Shown in pieces: positions 1 to 7,134 of a stretch of 64,000 nt of DNA. Each line of letters starts with the position of its first letter. Position 1 is the stretch's first letter. Location of the stretch: sequence record SRR20825019_1337, one strand, 5' to 3'. The translations under genes and the position numbers were made by a program. The notes under the pieces are model-generated. The model was not told the origin of the DNA and did no database searches. It saw only the letters and a list, made by a program, of their open reading frames with translations.

Positions 1-34
1 TTCCTCCCTTGAGGGAGGCTAGGAGGGTGACCAC
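1..34. repeat. GC-rich REP-like hairpin element (possibly truncated by window edge)
   Basis: CCTCCCT(3-9)-TG-AGGGAGG(12-18) perfect inverted repeat followed by CTAGGAGGGTG; GC-rich in an AT-rich context, just downstream of the 51..974 stop. Confidence 0.4.
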
Positions 35-50
35 AATCTATAGTTTTCAA

Positions 51-974
51 TCAAATAACTGGAAAATGCACCTTCGTAATTAATTCATTGTGCGGTGTAT
101 CCGCTGGAGAGTTATGATACGTCTCAAATGGATGAATTTTCTTATTTAATTTGAATTCCTTGTTTCGTTGCATGGTGTACATCGTTGACCAAGCATTTCC
201 GAGATGAGCGTAAGGTCCAACATGCTCCAAAGTTTGAACGGTTGTAGTTGGAATTTCTCCTGCATAAAATCCTTCAGGAAGATTCTCAGGAATTGTTTTT
301 ACGGGAATTCCAGCTGTATACCTGATGTCATTTTTTACCATATCCCACTTGTGGTATTGCGTAAATGCTGGGCCAGTGATTTCAATATTGTTGGATTGAG
401 AAAACTCAAACAACTTGGGCATATCTTCTTGCATTTTTTTCGCCATCGTTTCTTTCGTACAATTGGTTTTTAAGCCAATGAATTTCGTTCCACCAAAAGA
501 TTCTCGTCCAGAAAAGTGAAGCTTTGAATGTACTTCCCCGTCTTGGACATAATCCTTTAACAGCCGCAAACCACGCTCGTAGTCCATTCCGATAAATTGC
601 TCCATCATTTTTTTCATCCAAAACATAAAAAAAGGTAAGCTGCTTTCCATGTTCCAAGAGACTGTGGTAGAACCTCCGTTGGAAGATAATTCAAATCCTA
701 CTTTCGCTTTAGATTTCCAAGGTTTTAAAAAGAGAAGATCCATGTCGATAGAGCGGTTCTCACTCTCTGACGTAATTGTCATGTTTCCTGCGCCCGTTCT
801 ATTTCCTGTCCACTCATAATACTTCCCATCAGGTTGAACAGTTACGTTGGTTTCTGGTTCCATAATGAGCCATGGTGACCAAGAAGTCCAATGATGATAG
901 TCACTAATTACGGAATAAACTTTATCGATAGGAGCATTGATCGTAATAGATCGCTCAATATTCATTTTTGGCAT
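51..974 (-). CDS. SRPBCC domain + GyrI-like small-molecule-binding domain protein
   Basis: N-term IERSITINAP..WSPW (SRPBCC); C-term HVGPYAHLGNAW...FETYHNSP (GyrI-like). Start moved from 998 to ATG 974 because 996-1003 is a TAnnTTTG box. Confidence 0.8.
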   Translation of the reverse strand: MPKMNIERSITINAPIDKVYSVISDYHHWTSWSPWLIMEPETNVTVQPDGKYYEWTGNRTGAGNMTITSESENRSIDMDLLFLKPWKSKAKVGFELSSNGGSTTVSWNMESSLPFFMFWMKKMMEQFIGMDYERGLRLLKDYVQDGEVHSKLHFSGRESFGGTKFIGLKTNCTKETMAKKMQEDMPKLFEFSQSNNIEITGPAFTQYHKWDMVKNDIRYTAGIPVKTIPENLPEGFYAGEIPTTTVQTLEHVGPYAHLGNAWSTMYTMQRNKEFKLNKKIHPFETYHNSPADTPHNELITKVHFPVI

Positions 975-995
975 AACGTGAGAATTTGAATTACT

Positions 996-1003
996 CAAAT
1001 GTA
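996..1003 (-). promoter_or_regulatory. Bacteroidota housekeeping -7 promoter box (TACATTTG)
   Basis: Matches TAnnTTTG, about 20 nt upstream of ATG 974. Confidence 0.55.
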
Positions 1004-1134
1004 AAGATTAATCCCATAACTCGGAAATAGCTATGCTCCGTGAGTTTGAAAGAAGAAATAGGGAAGAATGATGATTTTTCAGTGCTAATTGAAGCTATTA
1101 GCTATTTTTTAGGTTTTTCAAAGAGTAAGTAGAA

Positions 1135-1164
1135 CAAAAAAACTCGCCATTGCTGACGAGTTTT
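1135..1164 (-). terminator. Intrinsic terminator, copy 1
   Basis: Minus strand CTCGTCA-GCAA-TGGCGAG stem-loop followed by T7; downstream of 1230..2753. Confidence 0.8.
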
Positions 1165-1229
1165 CTTCGCGATCATTCTACTGAATGACTCCATTTGATC
1201 AAATTAAATTGACCATAAGGTTCTTGATT

Positions 1230-2753
1230 TTATTCTTTGATAAAGCGCTTAATTTGTTTCCCTAGATTCGTTTCAATATCTAACACATAAATACCAGGAC
1301 TCAACTGCTCCACAGAGAAAACAGAGGAATATGCTTTTTGAACCAATGTTCCTGAAACGGTGTAAATACATACTTCGTTTACTTGTTCGTCGGTTTGTAC
1401 ATTAAGAAGGGAAGAAGTTGGATTTGGAAAAATAGTTACATCCGATGCTTCACTGTTTTCAGAGATTTCAGCACTCGATAGGAACAACTTCAGGATCCAA
1501 TAATCCTGATTTCCATTGTTTTGAGATAAGTCTCCGTCGTTTGATTCTGAAGAAGCTAAAATGCAATATCCCCCATCTGATGTTCGGATAAAATCATACG
1601 CAATATCATCTCCTGATCCGCCGTAGGAATGTTTCCATTCAATATTTCCAGTGGAATCGAGTATCGCCACCCAGCAATCGTAATTACCCTGAGCTGAAGA
1701 GATATTTCCATCGTTTGACGCTGAGAAACCAGCTATCATGTATTTATCACTCGCTGTTTGACGAATAGAATAGGAGAGATCAAGATTGTTCCCTCCAAAT
1801 GTTTTTTCCCATACTATGTTTCCTGTGGAAGAGAGTTTTACTAGCCAGTAATCTCCATAGAGAAATGGATTGGTAATATCGCCATTCGTTGAATTTGAAA
1901 ATCCAGTTACGATATAGCCACCGTCGCTCGTTTGCTGAATCTTTTTTGCTTGATCAATGTCACTTCCACCATAAGATTTCTCCCAATCGATATTTCCTTG
2001 AGCCGTTAGTTTCACTACCCAATAATCTAAATCACCTTTGCTTGCAGTGATATCACCGTCAGTAGAATTGGATTCTCCGCAAACAATGTATCCTCCATCG
2101 GAAGTTTGTAGAATATTTCGGGCTTCATCTGCGCCTGATCCACCAAGATTCTTTTCCCATTCAATTGCTCCAGTTGATGACACTTTGATTATCCAATAAT
2201 CGTTGTCTCCATAGCTTGTGGTAATGTCTCCATCATTTGAGTTTGAAATACCGGAAACAATATAGCCTCCATCGCTTGTTTCTAGAGCAGATTCCGCCAT
2301 GTCGCTTCCCGAGCCACCATACGTTTTTTCCCATTGAATCACTCCTAGATTAGTGAGTTTCACAATCCAATAGTCGTAATCTCCTTGATTGGAGGAAACG
2401 TCTCCATCGTTAGAAGCTGTTGCTCCGGAAACAATAAATCCGCCATCGCTTGTGGGGTGAATTGATCTGGCAATGTCGTTTTGACTCCCTCCGAGTGATA
2501 CTTGCCATTCCTGAGTTCCCACCGATGATAATTTAACGATCCATATATCGCTTTCCCCAATATTATTAAGGATGTCGCCGTCATTCGAATAGGAGCTTCC
2601 TGCAATTACATAACCGCCGTCGCTTGTTTGAACAAATGATCGAGGAACGTCCAATGCTGATCCACCAAGGGATTTCTGCCAATCAATAGCCAATTGAGCG
2701 TGAAGACTGAGTGTTGTGAGGAGTGTAACACCAAAAAGTAAGATTGTTTTCAT
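1230..2753 (-). CDS. T9SS-secreted repeat (probable 7-bladed beta-propeller) protein
   Basis: Signal peptide ending HA-Q; seven approx. 59-aa repeats WxKxxGGS..QTSDGGYIVxG; C-terminal IFPNPT...PGIYVL...RFIKE sorting domain. Confidence 0.85.
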   Translation of the reverse strand: MKTILLFGVTLLTTLSLHAQLAIDWQKSLGGSALDVPRSFVQTSDGGYVIAGSSYSNDGDILNNIGESDIWIVKLSSVGTQEWQVSLGGSQNDIARSIHPTSDGGFIVSGATASNDGDVSSNQGDYDYWIVKLTNLGVIQWEKTYGGSGSDMAESALETSDGGYIVSGISNSNDGDITTSYGDNDYWIIKVSSTGAIEWEKNLGGSGADEARNILQTSDGGYIVCGESNSTDGDITASKGDLDYWVVKLTAQGNIDWEKSYGGSDIDQAKKIQQTSDGGYIVTGFSNSTNGDITNPFLYGDYWLVKLSSTGNIVWEKTFGGNNLDLSYSIRQTASDKYMIAGFSASNDGNISSAQGNYDCWVAILDSTGNIEWKHSYGGSGDDIAYDFIRTSDGGYCILASSESNDGDLSQNNGNQDYWILKLFLSSAEISENSEASDVTIFPNPTSSLLNVQTDEQVNEVCIYTVSGTLVQKAYSSVFSVEQLSPGIYVLDIETNLGKQIKRFIKE

Positions 2754-2910
2754 AAGTAAGGTTTAGATGATTATTTATCCTAAGCTAGTGTTAAAATACA
2801 TGCGTATTTCGCGCACTTGTCCAGCGAGTGGTTCCATTGATCGAAGGGTGATCGGGATTTATTTAACTGATAATTACCATCTACGAATTCATCCAAATGA
2901 GAAATTTTGA

Positions 2911-2941
2911 CAAAAAAAAACTCGCCATTGCTGACGAGTTT
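2911..2941 (-). terminator. Intrinsic terminator, copy 2 (core identical to 1135-1164)
   Basis: Same CTCGTCA-GCAA-TGGCGAG hairpin with T9 tail, about 20 nt after the 2963 stop. Confidence 0.8.
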
Positions 2942-2962
2942 GATTCTCTATTTGAGAAAACT

Positions 2963-3853
2963 TTATTTTGCGAAGTTCTCCGCTACAACTAAATCTTTTG
3001 TTCCGTGTGTCCAAGAATAAAAACCTTCTCCAGATTTTACTCCTTTTTTACCTGCCATTACCATATTCACCAATAAAGGACATGGAGCGTATTTTGGATT
3101 TCCGAATCCTTTGTGAAGTACTTCTAGAATTGCTAAGCAAACATCGAGTCCGATAAAATCCGCCAATTGAAGTGGTCCCATTGGATGAGCCATTCCTAAT
3201 TTCATTACTGTATCGATTTCTTCAACACCTGCAACGCCTTCATGCAAGGTAATAATTGCTTCGTTGATCATTGGCATCAAAATTCTGTTCGCAACAAATC
3301 CCGGATAATCGTTTACTTCAACAGGAACTTTATCCAATTTCTTAGATGTTTCCATGATCAAATCTGTCACCTCATCCGAAGTGGAATAGCCACGAATAAT
3401 CTCTACCAATTTCATGATCGGAACTGGATTCATAAAGTGCATTCCAATTACTTTGTCAGGTCGATTTGTAACCGCTGCAATTTGTGTAATCGAGATAGAA
3501 GAGGTGTTTGACGCAAGAATTACATTCTCAGCAGTCAACGCATCTAAATCACGGAATATTTTCAATTTCAAATCTACGTTTTCCGTTGCTGCTTCAACAA
3601 CTAAATCGACACCTTTCACGCCTTCTTCAAGGGAAGTGAATGTCGTAATATTTCCTAACGTTGCATTTTTATCGGATTCGGTAATTTTTTCCTTCGCGAC
3701 CATTCTGTCCAAATTTTTGGTGATCGTTGCGATTCCTTTGTCGAGACTTGCTTGCGCGACATCGATTAATGCTACTTTATATCCGAATTGGGCAAAGGTA
3801 TGTGCGATTCCATTTCCCATTGTACCTGCACCAATAACTGCTACGTTTTTCAT
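2963..3853 (-). CDS. hbd: 3-hydroxybutyryl-CoA dehydrogenase
   Basis: GAGTMGNGIA Rossmann motif, ASNTSS, GMHFMNP, PGFVANR, HPMGPLQLADFIGLD. Confidence 0.93.
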   Translation of the reverse strand: MKNVAVIGAGTMGNGIAHTFAQFGYKVALIDVAQASLDKGIATITKNLDRMVAKEKITESDKNATLGNITTFTSLEEGVKGVDLVVEAATENVDLKLKIFRDLDALTAENVILASNTSSISITQIAAVTNRPDKVIGMHFMNPVPIMKLVEIIRGYSTSDEVTDLIMETSKKLDKVPVEVNDYPGFVANRILMPMINEAIITLHEGVAGVEEIDTVMKLGMAHPMGPLQLADFIGLDVCLAILEVLHKGFGNPKYAPCPLLVNMVMAGKKGVKSGEGFYSWTHGTKDLVVAENFAK

Positions 3854-3879
3854 GTTAAGTATTGTTTTTTATTGAGCAA

Positions 3880-3887
3880 CAAAGTTA
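3880..3887 (-). promoter_or_regulatory. -7 promoter box (TAACTTTG)
   Basis: Exact TAnnTTTG 26 nt upstream of the hbd start. Confidence 0.6.
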
Positions 3888-3979
3888 ACAGATTTGATGG
3901 TTTTTGGAAGTGGTTCGGAGTCAGATCTAATTCATTTTGCAATTTTCTCTGAAAAGAAAGTAATCAGTATCTTTAAAGA

Positions 3980-4381
3980 ATGGAAAATGTCCCTGCTAAG
4001 TTGGTTCTCTATGATGGTGATTGCGGTTTTTGTAATCGCTCCGTTGCGTTTATTCTAAAGCGCGAAAAAAAGAATGATATCCACTTTGCGGCGATTCAAT
4101 CCGAGTTTACGCATAAGTTGTTTGCAGAAAAGGGATGGGATGAACCTGATTTGAATACATTTTATTTTATCGAGAATGGACATCGCTTCGAACGCTCTAC
4201 AGCAGCATTGAAGCTCCTCAAACACCTCAAAGCACCTATCTCATGGCTGCGTTTTTTGGTTGTTGTTCCCAGAGTCTTCCGAGATTGGTGTTATAATCAA
4301 GTTGCCAAACGTAGACAAAACATTTCTAGTGGATTCTGCGCTATGCCAACACCAGAGCAAAGAGTACGGTTTATCCGCTAA
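3980..4381 (+). CDS. DCC1-like thiol-disulfide oxidoreductase family protein
   Basis: VLYDGDCGFC motif; RDWCYNQVAKRR C-terminal motif. Confidence 0.88.
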   Translation: MENVPAKLVLYDGDCGFCNRSVAFILKREKKNDIHFAAIQSEFTHKLFAEKGWDEPDLNTFYFIENGHRFERSTAALKLLKHLKAPISWLRFLVVVPRVFRDWCYNQVAKRRQNISSGFCAMPTPEQRVRFIR

Positions 4382-4983
4382 TCCAGTTTATGGTATTCAA
4401 TTTGCTCTCTAATTTCCTCTGGTTGATAATAAACTGATCGTTTATATTCTTTGTATTTGCTGGAGGCATCAGAGTGGTTTAAAATGTGATCCGACCAAAG
4501 ATAAAGTCCTTCACCAAACCCCCTTGAGATCGCAATAGAATCAATCTCTTTTTCAAATTGTCCCTTTCGCTTGTTGGACATGTAAGCGAAACCTCTTCCC
4601 AATACGCCCCAGAAACTTTTTCGATGATAATCTAATACATGACAAAGTTCGTGTCCTATAACGCCCACCACTGCTTGCTGGGGAACTTCATTGAGCGTAA
4701 CAATACTATCTTTTTTGCTAGAATTGATGCGCACTACGTAGGTACGCTTACTTCGACGGCGAAATAGAAGTGAGAGTATAGTTGGACGGGCATTTAAAGA
4801 AGAAGAAATTTTAGCTGATTTGAAGATGATACGCGTATTCTGTAGTTCATCGAAAGAACCGTAAACCGCATGGATTTCTTCACTGAATTGTTCGGTAAAA
4901 GTACCTTTTATGGTCACTTGCGAAAATGAAGTGTTCATAAAAAAGAGGAATACGAGTAGGGATGTAGTAGTTGAAAAATTCAT
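4378..4983 (-). CDS. Secreted putative zinc metalloprotease-like protein
   Basis: Signal peptide; GVIGHELCH (HExxH) with downstream E (EKEID). Confidence 0.6.
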   Translation of the reverse strand: MNFSTTTSLLVFLFFMNTSFSQVTIKGTFTEQFSEEIHAVYGSFDELQNTRIIFKSAKISSSLNARPTILSLLFRRRSKRTYVVRINSSKKDSIVTLNEVPQQAVVGVIGHELCHVLDYHRKSFWGVLGRGFAYMSNKRKGQFEKEIDSIAISRGFGEGLYLWSDHILNHSDASSKYKEYKRSVYYQPEEIREQIEYHKLD

Positions 4984-5000
4984 ATAACAAATATAAAACG

Positions 5001-5027
5001 AAAAAAGGAAGCCTCTCGACTTCCTTT
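5001..5027 (-). terminator. Intrinsic terminator
   Basis: AAAGGAAG(5004-5011)/CTTCCTTT(5020-5027) stem with A-tract; after the 5051 stop. Confidence 0.65.
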
Positions 5028-5050
5028 AGTTAGATAATCAAAACAAATCA

Positions 5051-6409
5051 TTATTTATCGGCAGCTGGTTTTGCAGCTTCTTCTTTTGATTGTTTTTCTT
5101 GTGCTATTTTCTCAATCACGGCATTTTCTTGCGTTGATGCATCTTGATTGAACAATTCTGGGTGAATATAAGTTCCTTTTAATTCTTTTTCTACTACAGG
5201 AACAATACGGTTTTCGTTTGCATATTTATCCGCACGAACACCTGTTACTTGCCAGCTCACTTCCACATTTGGTGTGTTTGTCTGAATCACAAAAGTGTTG
5301 TTACTCACTTTCTCTTTAATGATCGCTTGCGCAAATGATCCAATAACAGTCAATTGGTAACGGAAATCTTTATTTGCCGCTTCAAAATACTCTGGTAATT
5401 CTACCGTAGCAAATCCACTCGCGTCCGTCGTGATATTTCCACTATAAACGTTCATCATTTCTGGAGACTCAACGAAACTGTGTACTAGGTATTTGTTCGC
5501 TGGATCTAATGGGTGATCAATTTTGAATGTTCCTCCACCTTTTGCGATATTTCCAGTCACATTTAAGTTCCCTGTGATTGTTACGTCACCTGTGAAACCT
5601 GAGTTTCCTGTTACAGTTAAAGGTAATGTAGAGTTCGTAAAGTAAGAATCTCCCAAATTCAGTCTTCGGATATTCGTAAATCCTGATCTGTTGAAACGTG
5701 CAACTGTATCGAGTGTTGAACATCCACCTTTCAACCATAAGTTGTTTTCAGATCCATTTAGGTCGAATACCAATCCGCATTCTCCGTTAAAGTTAACGTC
5801 TTCATTAAATGCCAAACGTCCTGATTCAATCTCATTGAAGTTACCATTGTGTCCAATTCCCATAGCAACAGTTCCTGTATCTGAAACAGTTAATCGGTAC
5901 TGAGGAGCAGTGATTCCAAATCCAATACCAACATTTCCTACGTTGTCGTTATTAATGTCAGTACCCGTAGCAGTCCAATAACCGCTACCACCTCCACCGC
6001 CAACTAAACTTGTTGCTGTTTGAGCATGCATTGCATATGGAACACTAATGAATTGACTAGTTCCCAATGAAGAGTACACAGTTCCACCAGTAATATCTAC
6101 CGCTGTTTCTAAAAAGTATGGTCCAGCAGACCAGTCGATTGTTGTGAAGTCATCCGTGGTTGTTCCTGTTCCAATAGCAAGGTTTACCAAGCCAAAAGCA
6201 TTGGTTGTAGGACTGAACGTTTCCGTATAAACGGCCGTTCCTCCCGCAGTACCTTGGTGAATAATAAGTTGAATCCCTACGGCTTCATTCGGGAGAACAT
6301 TGTTCGCGCCATCACGAACCACCGCTTGGTAGTTAATGCTTTGTGGCGATTGAGCAAAAGTTGATCCAGCTGTCAGAATAACAGCTAACATGAGTATGAT
6401 TTTTTTCAT
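5051..6409 (-). CDS. Secreted fibre-like protein with phage tail-fibre/chaperone-like C-terminal domain
   Basis: Signal peptide + QSPQSINYQAVVRD...SVPYAMHA N-domain; GNVGIG beta-fibre motif; C-term KGGGTFKIDHPLDPANKYLVHSFVESP. Confidence 0.6.
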   Translation of the reverse strand: MKKIILMLAVILTAGSTFAQSPQSINYQAVVRDGANNVLPNEAVGIQLIIHQGTAGGTAVYTETFSPTTNAFGLVNLAIGTGTTTDDFTTIDWSAGPYFLETAVDITGGTVYSSLGTSQFISVPYAMHAQTATSLVGGGGGSGYWTATGTDINNDNVGNVGIGFGITAPQYRLTVSDTGTVAMGIGHNGNFNEIESGRLAFNEDVNFNGECGLVFDLNGSENNLWLKGGCSTLDTVARFNRSGFTNIRRLNLGDSYFTNSTLPLTVTGNSGFTGDVTITGNLNVTGNIAKGGGTFKIDHPLDPANKYLVHSFVESPEMMNVYSGNITTDASGFATVELPEYFEAANKDFRYQLTVIGSFAQAIIKEKVSNNTFVIQTNTPNVEVSWQVTGVRADKYANENRIVPVVEKELKGTYIHPELFNQDASTQENAVIEKIAQEKQSKEEAAKPAADK

Positions 6410-6421
6410 TTTTCGAGGTGT

Positions 6422-6883
6422 TTAGTGTTTAATTACTTGGTAAGATTTTGCGACTTTCGTTTCGTTTGTCGTCAAGAACAAAGTGTAAACTCCAGCAGAA
6501 AGCTGAGTGACATTGATCTGGGTTTGAGAACTTTTTAGTTCGTCTTGGTTGACTAATCGACCTGTTTGGTCAACAAGTTGGTACTTTAATGAACTAAAGT
6601 CTGAAACTTCGATCATTAGGAATTCATCCGTAGGATTGGGGAAAATGCTTACTTGTAGATCTGATAAATGATCTTCCAAGCCAACTATCTCCAGAAGTGT
6701 TTGATGAAAACCTTGGGTTAAGGTATTAGAACCGTTTCCCACTGTTTCAATAACTACCTCTCCCACAGTGAAGTCCACTCCGCCATTTGGTGTTGCAAAT
6801 GATTCGCCACTCGAAGATATAACTTCTTGTGCGGAAACACCTGAAACAGCAAGCAGGCTGAAAGCAATAAGTGTTTTTTTCAT
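6422..6883 (-). CDS. Small T9SS type A sorting domain protein
   Basis: Signal peptide; short QEVISSSG..TVGE..LTQGFHQ domain; IFPNPT...AGVYTL...VIKH CTD. Confidence 0.85.
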   Translation of the reverse strand: MKKTLIAFSLLAVSGVSAQEVISSSGESFATPNGGVDFTVGEVVIETVGNGSNTLTQGFHQTLLEIVGLEDHLSDLQVSIFPNPTDEFLMIEVSDFSSLKYQLVDQTGRLVNQDELKSSQTQINVTQLSAGVYTLFLTTNETKVAKSYQVIKH

Positions 6884-7074
6884 GTGATTAATATTTAGTT
6901 AAATAATAGAGTCAGCAAGTTAGGTAATTTGAGAAGGGTAGGCAAAAGAAACAACTGCTGAATTTTGAAATAGCTGAATTAAACTAAGGATTGGAGCACT
7001 CTGAAGTTAAGTTTTCCATGGAGATTTAAGATTTCTGGTTAATTCTTGGGTGAATCAGTGAAGTTAGGGTAATT

Positions 7075-7110
7075 AAAAAAGTCGTCTAAAATTGCTTCTA
7101 GACGACTTTT
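7075..7110 (-). terminator. Intrinsic terminator
   Basis: AAAAGTCGTCTA(7077-7088)/TAGACGACTTTT(7099-7110) perfect 12-bp stem. Confidence 0.8.
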
Positions 7111-7134
7111 GGGTTTAATGTAATTTATAGTTTA

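Noticed and set aside
3414-3875. 153-aa plus-strand ORF
   Set aside because: Antisense shadow of hbd; no recognisable motifs
5051-6409. Prophage remnant
   Set aside because: The fibre-like gene has a Sec signal peptide, and no other phage genes or att/integrase features are present
6910-7075. Short AAGTTAGG(G)TAATT-like repeats upstream of 6883
   Set aside because: Too short and AT-rich to distinguish from chance or promoter-box variants
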